From positions 182,583 to 246,582 of the forward strand of contig NW_003314347.1 in NCBI RefSeq assembly GCF_000143415.4: DNA of 64,000 nt, read 5' to 3'. This document shows positions 51,336 through 64,000 of the stretch, piece by piece. The number at the start of each line of letters is the position of its first letter. Positions within the stretch are counted from its first letter, which is position 1. This DNA comes from Selaginella moellendorffii. Its lineage: Eukaryota; Plantae; Lycopodiophyta. The translations under genes were made by a program, and so were the position numbers. The notes under the pieces are model-generated. The model did no database searches and was not told where the DNA came from. It saw only the letters and a list, made by a program, of their open reading frames with translations.

Positions 51336-51668
51336 TTACTTCTTCGTCGTCCTCTTGCTGTACTGCTCCTTGACCCACTTAAACCCTGTCACGGCCCCGG
51401 ATTTCACCTTAAGCGCTCCAATCTTGGCCTTGGAAGCCCCAATCCCAGCCGCGACGCGCGCCTTCTCCGCCCCGGCCGACGCTACCACCTTGGCCTTGGC
51501 CATGGCGTCCTCGATCTTCTTCCCGCCGCCGCTCTTGGAGGAGGATTTCTTGGGCCCCGACGATCCGAATTGCCCGCCGCCGGCATTGCCGCCAGCGCCG
51601 ACGCCATCACTGCTGCGCGATCCGCCCCACTGCTCGGACCAGCTCAGCCCGCCGTTCGACCTCGCCAT
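51336..51668 (-). CDS. Small conserved plant Gly/Lys-rich protein of unknown function
   Basis: N-terminal SWSEQW and C-terminal KVKSGAVTGFKWVKEQYSK resemble a widespread land-plant uncharacterised family (SWADQW...GF.WIK.KY). Confidence 0.7.
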   Translation of the reverse strand: MARSNGGLSWSEQWGGSRSSDGVGAGGNAGGGQFGSSGPKKSSSKSGGGKKIEDAMAKAKVVASAGAEKARVAAGIGASKAKIGALKVKSGAVTGFKWVKEQYSKRTTKK

Positions 51669-52172
51669 TCGCTCCTTCCTCCCTCCCTGCCCTAATCGCT
51701 CGATCCAATGCCACAAAATCAACGGCCCTGATTGGCCGTGCTAGAACAGGCATATTCTGTCATAGATGCTTGAGTTATTCTGTCAGTTTGAGCTAGCGTT
51801 TTTCTAGGGTTAGGGTTCATAGAGGGCACGTTCGTTGGCAGTTCCGTGTCCGTCGATCCGACCGACATCCTCTCTGTGCTGCCGCATTCTCGGCCAGCGC
51901 GAAGCCCCAGCAATCGCTGGTCCTCCTGTCAATACATCCCTCGGTAGGATTTCGTCCTCGCAGGTTCGTCTAGATCCCGTCCAGCAGCTCACACAGTCGT
52001 TTAGATTAGAAATCGGTAGCTAGCAGGAAAAAAAGAAGAAAAAGAGAGAGGGCGAGAGAATTTGACTGCTCGAAGAGAGGAAGATCTCCTTTTTTTTTTG
52101 AGAGAGAGGAGAAAAAGATTAAAAAGAGAGAGAGAGAAGATCTTAGTCGCTAGAGGATAGGAGCATAACTGG

Positions 52173-53671
52173 ATGGATTTTGGGAACCAGGCAGTGGGCG
52201 AAGATGAATCGCCCGGCAAGCTGAGGCAGTGGAAGAGCACAGACGATTCCATCTGGGTGTCACTGGATTTTCCCAGGGTGTGCGTGGAGACTTTGTTCGC
52301 TGCCAACGCCGCCAAGAACAGCGAGTGCGAGAGCATGGATCCCGTGTTTCGATCCGACATGTTCTCGTGCCTCTTGGAGAATGCGAGGCGGAAGCTGGAA
52401 GAGGCCATCACCGGGAGCTGTAAGAAGCCATGCTGTGTGGACTCGAGGAAGGAACAGGCCAAGCGAGAGCTGGAGGCGATCCAGCAGGGTGGTGGCTACT
52501 GGGACGCCACCATGTCCGGCCTGGGATTCAAAGGTTTCAGCCAGGAGCTGAGAATGCTCGAGGAGGACGCGGATAAAGCTGGGTTTTTTGACAAGAAGGT
52601 CGGTGAGGCTGAGGCAACAGGACCATCGTACTTCACCCAGGGGACATCGTCTTTGTGGAGCACGGATGGTTTTGGAAAGGAGGGTCCTTTCGAATGCTCC
52701 GTGCCGACTTCTCCACACGAAGGTTTATTCTACGTGCTGCCATACTTGCTGCTCAAGGACCTCCTGTCCGTGGAGCAAGTCTGCCGGTCCCTGAAAGACG
52801 CGGTGTCTTGCGACGTGCTGCTGTGGCAGCACCTCAAGATCGATCACTCGCTCAGCACAAAGTTGACGGACGAGGCTCTGCTCAAGCTCGCGGCCAGGAG
52901 CCAGGGACGGCTCCAGAGTCTCATGCTCGTCGAGTGTTTGAGGATCTCGGACGAGGCTGTCGAGCAAGTGGTGGCGTCCAATCCCATGCTCTCGAGGGTG
53001 AGTCTCATACTTTCTTCAGAGTTTTCTAGCTTAGGTGACACTTCTTTTTTTTCCAGATTCTTCTCCCTGGCTGCATCAGGATCAGCGTGGACGCTGTCGT
53101 CAGGATGGTGGAGTTTCTCGAGCGGGGAAGATCCCAGGGGTTGGGGGTGAAGCAGATCAAGATCCGTGGTCTCTCCGGTGTGACAAAGGACAACCTTGAG
53201 CGGCTACAAATGCTACTTGGTGTCGACGAGTCGCAGCTGCAGCAGCAGTTACTGAAACCACACTACTACTTGTGTGGCGACGCCACCACGAGCTTCGTAG
53301 ACGAGCGAGCTATCGACGTCGAGGCGTGCCCGAGGTGCAAGCAGCCGAGAGCCGTGTTCGACTGCACGAGGGACAAGTGCCGCGATTGGAAGGCACTTAA
53401 GATTCCGCAGTGCCGGGGCTGTATCTTTTGCATCTCCCGCTGCGAAGACTGCGGGATGTGCATAGATGACACGGACTACGAGGAAACCTTCTGCCTGCGG
53501 CTGCTTTGCTCCGACTGCTGGCTTCGCCTCCCAAAGTGCCTCGAGTGCAACAGGCCCGGGTGTGAGAGCAGCTCCGACTACTTCATCCGGAGGCCGGACG
53601 CCATCTTCGTGTGTCCGGATTGCCAGGGTGCTTACAAGAACGGTGCAGGTCTGGAATTCTACGTGATATGA
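52173..53671 (+). CDS. F-box protein, SKIP14/SKIP28-like, 2 exons (intron ~52998-53057)
   Basis: PHEGLFYVLPYL..DLLSVEQVCRSL..LLWQHL, LRR-like repeats, and a Cys-rich C-terminus AIDVEACPRC..VFDC..CRGCIFCISRCEDCG. Confidence 0.88.
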
Positions 53672-54046
53672 TTCACCGGTTTTGGATTTTTGGATTGGAA
53701 GAGCAGACAGGAGAGACAACATATATATACTTATCGCCCCGACGTTGGTACAGATGTAGAGCGTTTTCGCGACAGTAGGAGGTGTGGAGTAGCAGATTTT
53801 CCGAAGGCGATTTTTATTGAGGATGGCAGTAGCACCACTTCTGTGAATTTTCGGTACGTTTTGAGTTTGATTTTCCCTCTTTTTCTTTGATTTGGGAGCG
53901 TGATTTACTTTTGTGTTTTGCAGCTTCTCTCGGCGTGTTTCAAAAATAAGACCACGGAGAGAGGTGCACTGAAAGTTTCTTTCTCTTATCAGGCACGGCA
54001 TTGCTCTCATCTCTCTCCGATCGTTGTCCGAGATCGAACGGTAGAG

Positions 54047-55907
54047 ATGGGTATGCAACGCATCGATGCCAAGTGTCATCACAGAGCTTTAGGTAGGCAA
54101 GAGTGAGAGGAGTGCTGCTGGCTGGCTGGTCGGTTGGCTGTCTGGCTATGGCTCTCGAGTGTAGCACCAGCTTCACCGCCGCTTGTGGCTGCGCTAGCTG
54201 CTGCGCGGCACGACGACTCTCCACCTCGAATTTTGTAGCTTCCATCTTTCGGTCTTCGTTTCACCTTGAGAAATGGCGCAGGTCGATCACTTNNNNNNNN
54301 NNNNNNNNNNNNNNNNNNNNNNNNNNNNNNNNNNNNNNNNNNNNNNNNNNNNNNNNNNNNNNNNNNNNNNNNNNNNNNNNNNNNNNNNNNNNGGTCGCTC
54401 TTACTGAATAGTAAAACAGGTGGGCAAATTTTGTAGGAGGATTGCCTGAGAAGGAGCAGCAACGCGTATTGGATTTGCTGTTTGATGCGGAGAAAGGCCG
54501 TGGGATCACCATTGTCCGCTACAACATTGGCGGCGGAGCGTATACTGGTGGTGATTCCAACTTGAGGCCGTTTGCTGATATGCCTGGCTTTCGTCCGGGT
54601 GGCCCGTCAGGGCCATATGTCTGGGCTGCTGATGCCAGGCAACGCTCAGTTCTGCTGGGAGCTCGAGCTCGAGGCGCTCAGATTTTTGAGGCCTTTTCGA
54701 ATTCGCCACCGTGGTGGATGACCATGAGTGGTTCTGTCACAGGTGATCTTACATTTTTTCATTTTTCGTTTCTCTTTCTTTTTTTCTAGCCATCTTGGTG
54801 TGTCGCAGGGAACCACAACTGGGGCCAGGATAATCTGGACGGCAAGTATTACACCGCTTTTGCGGACTACTTGACTGAAGTTGTGAAGTACTACCAAGAT
54901 GAGCACGACTTGCACTTCGACTATCTCGCACCTTTCAACGAGCCAGTCGAGGGATGGTGGAATATCAACCGCAGCAAAGCAGCGCAAGAGGGATGTAACT
55001 TTCGGTTCTCGTCCATGCGCCAGGTAAATCTCCGCTTAATTAACCCGCTGAACCAAGACGGAGAAAGAATTGCGCAGGTCGTTTTGGATGTGAAACGAGC
55101 TCTTCTCGACAAGGGCCTGTCCACGAAGCTCAGTGTCTTTGACGCCTGGAGCTTTAACACTCCAAAACTGCTGCGATTGATGGACGAGCCATTGGTCTCG
55201 GCCATCGATCAAGTAAACGTGCATACTTACATCAACTTCGTGACGAGAGAAGAGACTGCAAGGAGGAAAGAGGTAGAGAAAGAAGCGCTTCTTTTTTCTT
55301 GGGGGATCTAAGTGTTTCGGCTTTTCAGGTAAGGCAGGCTGTTAGCTCTATTGGAAAGAGACTCTGGATGTCGGAATACGGACCCTTGAACTGGAATGGC
55401 AACGAATGGGAGGTGGCAGTGCAAGTAGCCAGGCACATCAGTCTGGACATAAACGAGCTCCAGCCATCGGCGTGGTGCTACTGGCAAGCGCTCGAAGTGC
55501 CAGGAAGTTTATGGGGTCTTATCCAGTGCTTGTTCACGTACCAAGGAAAACATGATCTACAAATCCGCAAGCAGTACCAGGTACTCAAGCACTTTTCTAG
55601 ATTCATCAGGCCAGGCTTTGAGATGTTGCCAACGGAGAAGTTTGCGGACAGTCTAGTGGCCGCAAGGGACGAAGCTGGGACCTCTCTAGTGCTCGTTGTC
55701 ACGAACACGTCCTCGAGAAGCAAGGATGTGAGCTACAGCACTGGTTGCGTTCCCAGGATCGCGTCCAAGGCCTTTCAGGCCTCGGTGTTTCGAAGCTCGG
55801 CCAGTGAAGACTTCGTCCAGCTTCCAAGCTTGGCCTTCACCGTCGAGTCTCCGAATGTGGTTGTGTGGATACCACCAAAGTCTGTCACAACACTGGTTGT
55901 GTTCTAA
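54047..55907 (+). CDS. Glycoside hydrolase family 30 (endo-beta-1,6-galactanase-like), multi-exon; 5' part spans an N gap and the start is uncertain
   Basis: IVRYNIGGG, Y.W.ADARQR, FEAFSNSPPWWMT.SG, PFNEP (acid/base), QEGC, VNVHTY, LWMSEYG (nucleophile), SAWCYWQ. Confidence 0.85.
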
Positions 55908-56068
55908 TTCCTTTGTCATGAAATAAGCTTCAGCCCATTTTTTCTGATAAAAATTCTGAAGTAGCCTTCACTTCTCTATCGACAATAACAAAGCAACAAA
56001 ACTTGCTCACATATTATTGGCAGCAGTAGAATATTTTTGTTATGTATGCATAACATCTTAATTTGCCA

Positions 56069-58362
56069 TGTAAGACATGCCACATCATCCCAAATAATAT
56101 GACATCATTATAAATCTACTTGTGAGTGCTTGGAATATGGAAAAGGAATCCAGAAATGTGTATATCAACTAACCCAAAAACCCTAACTTATATATAAGAG
56201 TGAGTGGTCCAGATTGAAACCAATTCGACAGCTACTAAAATCCCACTATGCTAATATTAGTATACGGCATACACTTGGCCTTTACATCATCCCCTCCTCT
56301 CGGAATAATGGAAGGCCGTTAGAGTTCTCTTGTAGATGGGCCAGGATTTGGAGGAATGTCAAGAGGAGGCATTGGTGGATTTGTAGATGGTATTAATTGC
56401 TTTTGATCCTTTTGTATGAAGTGTTTCAACTGCTACACATGCATAATCTCCGGAGGATCGGTTTGCTAGACGTCATGCCAAACCTCATAAACTTATGGTC
56501 CAACTTGCCGCAACACCCAATACGATCTTTTCCACTTGCAAGGAGCCTTTAGATAAACCACGTACCATAAGATAGGGAAAACGGACTAACACTAAATCAT
56601 CCACTTTGTACTCTACAAATGGATGATGATGGGAGTTGTAGCGCCGTTGTTGTCCCACTTATACGCGGCCTAAGTGTTCGGCAAACTCTGCTCGGACAAG
56701 TGGAAGAATGCTCATCAAGCTCGTGGCAATTGCGAAAGTAAACCTAGCTCTGTTGGTAATATTGGATTATGACCATATAGAAGTTTATATGGTGAAGCAC
56801 CAATAGAACTCTGCAACCCATGTGACATAGGCATACCGAAGAGACGGCAAATAACCATCCCAATCTGAATGTTGAAAGTTCACATACTTCGCAATCATCC
56901 CTTTGAATGTTCGAACGAGCCGTTCTACCAGATTGTCTGATTGTGGATGATAAGCACTCGTGAAAGTGTGGCGTATCCCCAGCCGAGACGTCAAAACATG
57001 AAATGCCTCAGCCATAAATGCAGGACCATTATCCGAAAGAATCCGCTCTGGACAAGAATGCTGGAACACCACTCGATTGAGGAGGAAGTATCCAACAACA
57101 GTTACAAAGGCGCTAGCAAAAGCACCAACTTCCACCCAACGAGTCAAGTAGTCAGAAGCAATAATAACATACTCATTGCCAACAGTCGACTGTGGAAAAG
57201 GTCCCATAAGATCAAACGCCACCAGCTCAAACAGACGGGAAACTGTAATTGATTCCAACCGTCATTTCACAACACAAGGGGGAGTATTACGAGCTTAGCA
57301 CCAAACGCAGCTACACATACCGAATAACATCATGTCGCATCTCCAGCCAATAGAAAGACCTATGTAGCTTCTCGGTCACACGACGATGTCCCATATGCCC
57401 ACCTAGAACAGGAGAATCATTGTAGGCATGGAGAAACCGCGGAACAAAGACAGAAGGCACCACCAACCGTAAATGATCATTAGGACTTGTTCCCACAAAA
57501 TAAAGAAGGCCATCTTCAAAGCGATATTGAGAATGTAAATGCCGGAAAGGCAAGTCATCAGCAAGTGATGTAGGATTCTCAAATACATCTCGAAGCCTTC
57601 GAATCCACATTTCAATCTTTTGAGCCTCGCGAACCTCATCAAGAAAAGGTAGATCTTGCTCTGCACCTTGTGGACACTGAACGTCAAGTACAGCAACTGC
57701 CGATGGCAAGGAATCTTCATTTAGAAAATCCACAGAAACTCCTTGAGCAATGAACAACATCAAAATCATATATCTGAAGCTTCAAAGCCCATCGAGCAGT
57801 ACGACCAACCAGGTTCTTCTGCTTCAATAATGAAGTAACGGCAGCATGGTCACCTTCAAGTAACATCTGAGAACCATAGATATGCATGAAGTTTCTCGAA
57901 ACCCCAAACTGCCGCTAAACACTCCTCTGTCGTGGAGTAGTTCACCTCTGTTGGTTGTAATGTACAGCTTATATATGCAATAGGATGACACTGACCAGGC
58001 ACACTCGGGCTTTCTTGCATTAACACACCTCCAAGACTAATATCAGAAGCATCTACGCGTAAAATAAAAGGTCGAGTATAGTCAGGATATGCCAAAACTG
58101 GAGGAGTTGTCAACAGCTCTTTGAGATCTACAAACGCCTGCTCACAATCTGAAGACCAGATAAAAGATGATGTTGATGACTTCAGCAACGCTTGCAACGG
58201 TGTAGTGTAATCAGAAAGATGATCCACAAAACGACTGAGATACTGCACCTTGCCTAGGAAGCGTTGCACATCATTCACACACTTTGGAGTAGGGAACTTT
58301 AGAATGGCTACAAGTTTGTCAGGATCAACTTGCAAACCCTCACGAGAAATACAGTACCCAAG
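56069..58362 (-). mobile_element. 5'-truncated Ty3/gypsy element: RT/RNase H/integrase pseudogene, PPT and 3' LTR
   Basis: VDPDKL, FILRVDAS, GGHMG, FDLMGPFP, SDNGPAF, SAYHPQSD. Polypurine tract (reverse complement of 56287-56301). LTR 56069-56286 (TGTAA...TTTACA). Confidence 0.88.
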
Positions 58363-61300
58363 ATTTACGGGGGAACTAGAGCCAAGAATACGGGGGAACT
58401 AGAGCCGGCTCTTGAACACTTCACCAAGCTACCCCACTTGTCGGTCCGTGTTCACTCTAGTCTTGGACTTCCTAGTGGTCAGCTCATCACCCAACACTGG
58501 GTCTGGCCTTCCTGGGCCAAACTGGCCTTTCCTGGCCAAACTGGCTCCATTGGGCTCCAACCCCCACACTCTCCCTACTATACTTTTGGAACCCCCCGCA
58601 GCCCCCCCCCCCGGGGGATGATCGCTTTAAGCTTTCACCCAACTGCCAGTATTAGTATTCGGACTCGGACTCAGACTCGGTCTCGGTCCCGGATTCAGAC
58701 TCGGACTCGGTCTTGGTCTCGGTCTCAGTCTTGGTCCCGGTCTCAGTTCCATCTCGGACTCCATCTCGGACTCCATCTTGAGTCCATCTCGGACTCCATC
58801 TCGGGTCCATCTCGGACTCCACTTCGGGTCCATCTCGGACTCCAACTCGGGTCTACCTCAGACTCCATCTCAGACACTTCCACGTGTCATGTGTCCTTTT
58901 TGGGTCCCTTTTTGGAGCCTTGCTTTTTGGTTGCCTCATGCTTGCTCCTCGAGCCCTTTGTTGGGAGTTCCACTCCCGCTCTCGACCTTCCAAGTCAGAG
59001 CTTTTAGTCCAAATGTGTTATGCTCGTTTGGCTTTCGCTTCGGCCACTGCCACGTGGCACCCTTTCCGGCTCCACTTTGGGGCCTAGGGATTTTGTGTTT
59101 CACAACTCCACCACCTATAGACGAAGTTCGATGTCCTCATCGAACGGTAAACTATTTTATAAAGTAACACCTGCATGTGTTACCATTTCCATCCTTGGCA
59201 CCTAGCCAATATTTGTCAATAGTTTCACATTGAAGGCTCACCATGCCTTCTCCATATTCGTCAATGGTTTGACACCAAAGGCTCACTATGCCTTGCCCAT
59301 CCTCTAAGGAGCATAGTCTTTCCAACATAGAGACTTATTTGACCACCTAGAGTGGTTTGCTCCCTTTTATTGGTTTAGTTCTCACTAAACCTGTTAGAGA
59401 CATCTTCTCTAACTCAATTCCCACTACTCATTCTCGAGTGGTCTCAGTTCCCATCGATATAACCTTTGCACTTTGGAACTTTGAATTTTGACTTTTTGGA
59501 GTCAATTTCCTAGATGTCTCCGACACCTTGCCTTGCATCTTTTGTGCAACTCCACTTCCCATCCTAGGAAGTTCTCTACTCAAGGGCACCATCATCCTCT
59601 TTTCTATTTCGTGCCACCTTGGGGCACTAAGTTCCAGTTATTATACATTGTGCTAAGGCTGTTCATGGCCCTATCATTTGGCTACCTTACCGCTCCCTCC
59701 CTTGGAGCTTCCTCTTTCGCTAAATTGGAGCAATTTGGAATCCATCCTTGGAAACACACTTCCTTTCCTGCAATTTGTTAGCGTCCAACACATTAGTGTT
59801 CCTCGCCTAACTTTGCCACTTGGATTCCTTCCAAGGGATTCCACAGCCCTATCTTGGCCACTCATCTTTTGCTCCTATCTGTTGATTGTTGCACCAAGCA
59901 ACACCGAATCTCTACCTCCCTCCTTGAGGTATTCTTTTGATTCCATAGCAAAGGCTCTGCTTTGCCAAGACTAGGGTGTTCACCCCTAGTAAGTCTCTTT
60001 AGCATCTTCTGCTATGGGCTCTATCCACGACCCAACTTTGTGACCTTCCCATGGGTCTCTTTAGAGACTACTTTCCTTGGACACACTATGCCATCGCAAT
60101 GACATAGCTCATTTCCCTAAGGTGCTTTTCCCACTTGGTCACCTTGACCAAGCCACACTATCATCAATAGTTCAAATCAACACTTTGAACTAGGAACCTT
60201 ATTCCTTAGCCCAAACAAGAACCTTGTCCTTATTTAGCCACAAGATCACCTAGTGATCTCACCTCGACACCTTAACAGGTTTGCCAATAGGTACTAGGTC
60301 TTCTAGACCTTTAATTTGTTAACTACGACCCCGGGGGCATCCCCCACACTTGGCGGTGCGCCCAAGCCAGCCCTTCCAGCCAAGGGTCCATAGCAACTGA
60401 GACTGGGTGTCCCCATCTCATTCACCACGTCCTTGGTGCCACTTGCACCAAAGTGTTCAAGTTAGATATGCTGAGCCACACTAAGCAATCTAACCGTGCA
60501 TCACGACTCCGAGGCATCCCTCGCTTGGCGGTGTGCCCAAGCTAGTCTCCACACTAAGAGTCCATGACCATCGAAAAATGAGTGTCCTCATATTCCAAAC
60601 CATCACCACGCCCTAGTGAGTTAGGACTTGAACCCAAGCACTAGAGGGTCGGGACTCAAACCCAACCTCCATATATGCATCTACAGACGATATCACCCAG
60701 GATGCCTGGCGTGACTCCCCACGCCGGTGCACCAACTTATACTCAAAGCGCGCCATAGATCACAGCTTAGGAACCTAGTTCCTCCACATTGCCAAGTCTT
60801 CTTAGTTGACAAGTCTGTGATCATGCATGGACTCCTCCATGCTTGGCCCCATGGCCCACCCTTTTTGAAGTTATCACCTTCAACTAGGGTATTTGTTCCC
60901 CTGACTTGCCAATCTCACTTTGGCAAGTCCTCCGACCACTGTAACATGGTTCCTGCATAAGCGTGAAAGCCCTTGGTCATCGACTCTCATTCAAAGCCCT
61001 CTCTTTGAACACTCGGGAACTATTTCCCTAACCTTGATAGCCTTGCCTCATGGCAAGCTTCAAGACCACGCTTCTGTTGCACCACTCTGATTTCGCGCGT
61101 TCCTTGAACCATTTACGCTTGGCCTTTCTAGGTACTAAGCTACCTAGAATCATCTTTGGGAACCTTGAAGGAACTCTGTCCCTTAGCTTGCTAAGGCCTC
61201 CCTTTTTGCAAGCTTTCCAATTACCATATAGTCTAACATGGACAATTCCATATTTTAGACTCTCCATGGCATCACGGTTGCTAGCGGCAACACCCTCGAG

Positions 61301-64000
61301 CCCCCACTTGATTCTCCACTCCTAGCTGACATAACTAACCTTGGTTATGCCCTTCGATTCCTATGGTTCAGTTCTATCCCCTTACTTCTTGCTTTTGGCT
61401 TTACACCTTTCCTTTGGTCATTCTCCTCCAGACCAGGAGGATAGTTTTGCACTTTCTATCATGCCTTAGCAAGTATTCTTAGGGATGAACCTATCTGATA
61501 GCCTAGGGAGTGGTTCCTCAATCCAGGTATGCTCACCCTATAATTCCACACAACGAGATTACGTTGTTGCTTATGGGCCTTTACATGCCCATCACTAGCC
61601 TTGCCAAAATTCCCTTTGTGGCTTTGTCCAATTCGAGTAGACAGTCTTCTCCTGTCTCCGCCACCTTTGGACATTTGGATAGCACCTTCTATCCATCATT
61701 CGCTAGGGACTTAGTCCCTTGAGCCTTATTTATTACCCTCGCGACATCAAACACCACCTCCTAGTGTTCTAGAGTATTCGGGTGTCCCAATGATGGCTTC
61801 TTTGATAATGAGTATTTCCTTTTATGACATTGACTTATTATATCGCAACATAAGCAACTTATCCCCCGTAAGGGTACGTCCAACTTCCCTATGCCATTAA
61901 AAAGGCTTGGGTAGCTACCTTCTACCCATTTAACCAATTATTTTGCACCTCTTGCTTAGTTGCCTCATAGTTGTCAAGTCCTACAACTCATTGCTGGTGC
62001 TTCCACCCCTCCATCATTATCTGGGTCACCACACTCCAATTGCATGCTCTGCCGCTTACGCTATGCCATTCCCATTTCCATTGGGATTCCTTTGGCAAGG
62101 GGTTCTCATGAACCCACCAACATAGCCTCAAAGTATCACACCTTGGCACATTTGGTGTCTCCAAACCATCGACTTCACGAGCCTACCTCTATGACACTTC
62201 TTCTTTGTGTATAAGTCTTTGCCAAGACCAATACCGCTCTTTCTCATGCCAACCATCTGTTAGCAGGTCACACACAACTTTGTGTCAAAGTTGTTTTCTT
62301 TTTGGGAACACCTTTCCCACGACTTTAGCATGGCACATTTTGCCATCGATGAGATACCCTCTGTTCTCATCCTTGGATCCTATGATCCCCCCCCAATCCT
62401 TCGTGGGGTACCACACACCTCAGTCCAAATGCTTCCATTAGTCTTTTTAGGACCATTCCTTGACTCTACTTGAGTCATCCAGCAGTTTTGGACTTGGTTA
62501 ATCCACAGACCCGTAAGGTCCCACTTGTGAGGCACTAGCTCATTGGAATACACTTCTTGCACTCCTGTCCTACTCAAAAGGACTATTTTCACAAGTGTTA
62601 CTCTGACACTTGTTTTTGTTCTCTGGGGCAACTTCTGCCCCTTAGGACTACTTGTCCATGTGATGAGAATACCAACTCATCTCTAAGTACACCCCCCCCA
62701 ACTCCTTGGGTTGTTCTAGTATTTATTAAAGGTAGCCCCGGCTACCATTTCAAGGACTTGAGTCCTCTTCCGTATTTGACCTCCCACGGTCATTACTTTT
62801 GGTCTCACATTCATGAGCACTAACCTCAACTATATGAGGATAATCTTGTGACTCCCTTATTGCTTTGGAGTCTTTATCTTTCCTGTGATCCCAACTTTAG
62901 TTGTTTACCACAACTACATTGGCCATTTACTAAGTCAAACGCTCATCTGGATCACATCCTCAACTCTCTGAGGAAAACCATATACTGTTCCCAAGATCCC
63001 AAAGTCATTCCCTTACCGGCCCCTTTTCTATCCACCACATCGCGCCCAAGTCCTCAATGAACTTGAGTGGAGAGCCATGTCCTCTCGGCATGCTACTCCT
63101 CAAGGATAAGCCCACTCCTAGGACCTTCCAATGCTAATATCAATGGTGATATACTTGAGCACCAATAAAAGTCGGACTAAGGAACAACTCCGATACCAAA
63201 TTGTAAGAGACTAAATTTTCCATTCTACTTTAGTCACTTAACCACACCTCCGACCACTTGGAGGAGTCTCAATCACAACCTCCATAAGTCCATTTCAGGA
63301 CTTGGGACTTGCTAGCCCCGAGAATGGTATCCATGCCACTCAACATTTGCATTTGGTCCAAGTGCTCCACGTGTCCAATCCCATGACCGACACTCCAAAG
63401 TACCACCGACATGGCAGCCTGTTACGCTAAGGCCATGCCCAATCACCTTTGCCACACTGGTAGTCCAATACCACTTGTATCACAGTTTTGGCTCTCCAAG
63501 ACTAGGCAAACCATCCATGAGTGGTCATCTCAGATCCACTCCTTAGCATCCTTAGGATGCCCATCGACAAGGGGAATAGCCTTCCCCAATATCCCTCTGT
63601 TAGTCCCCACTAAGTCCCTTTTTGCCCCTGGCCGTGTTTGCCAGCACTGCCACTGGATCGAGGCCCACATGCCTAACCACTAAGTCCCACGGTCCTCTGG
63701 GACTTCCTCACCACACGATTGTGTCCTTGGTCACTACCCCAGAGGACTGCTCCTCTTCCTTTCCACAGTCTGGGCCTTTGGGACAACATTTTGGAACACC
63801 GTGGCCTTACGCGAGCCACCTGGGTACTCTCCCCACCTTCTGCCCTTGGGTGCTCTAGCCATGGGCTTAGAGTGAGGTTCCGTTGAGCCACGCCTGGTAT
63901 CCAAGTAAGTAGTGCCACCCATACTTGGACTGGGAGCATCGGCCAGTCGATCTCCCGGGGGAACTAGAGCCGGCTCTTGAACACTTCACCAAGCTACCCC
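58363..64000 (-). mobile_element. Large-LTR, apparently non-autonomous retroelement (LARD-like); same family as 1-1227 and 15328-16603
   Basis: PBS (reverse complement TGGTATCGG) at ~63190-63198 abuts an LTR starting TGTAAGAGAC at 63202. 63956-64000 repeats 58391-58435. Candidate LTR end ..TCGCGACA at ~61746 followed by a PPT-like tract. No gag/pol ORF recognised. Confidence 0.7.

Overview
Plant nuclear DNA, most likely a lycophyte such as Selaginella. This is inferred from very short GT-AG introns, PLS-class PPR genes and compact GC-rich genes. There are two N gaps (6290-6622, 54293-54392). The main feature is a ~14.1 kb DNA transposon (1228-15327) with 27-bp TIRs and a CTAA target-site duplication. 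It is inserted in a large LTR-type repeat, and the uninterrupted 'empty site' of that repeat is present in inverted orientation at ~59790. The element encodes a Sola1/DUF7869-type transposase (minus strand, four in-frame stops). Divergently, it encodes an intron-containing cargo with a ParB-like domain, a degenerate N6/N4 DNA-methyltransferase-like domain, an acidic tract and an FCP1-like HAD phosphatase. More than 20 copies of one 22-bp palindrome (ATGGCRTGWGGCCWCAYGCCAT) are spread across the element, several inside its introns, and none was noticed outside it. A nested long hairpin lies between the divergent genes. The candidate new system is a transposon-borne ParB/parS-like self-recognition (possibly anti-silencing) module. 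The rest of the window holds Ty3/gypsy remnants and solo LTRs, and a decayed A-rich Helitron with RPA-like and AP-endonuclease modules. Host genes are: an IPMS/MAM-like synthase lacking the regulatory domain, an RD21-like protease, a PPR protein, FPP synthase, a small Gly/Lys protein, a SKIP14-like F-box protein and a microbial-type GH30 glycosidase.
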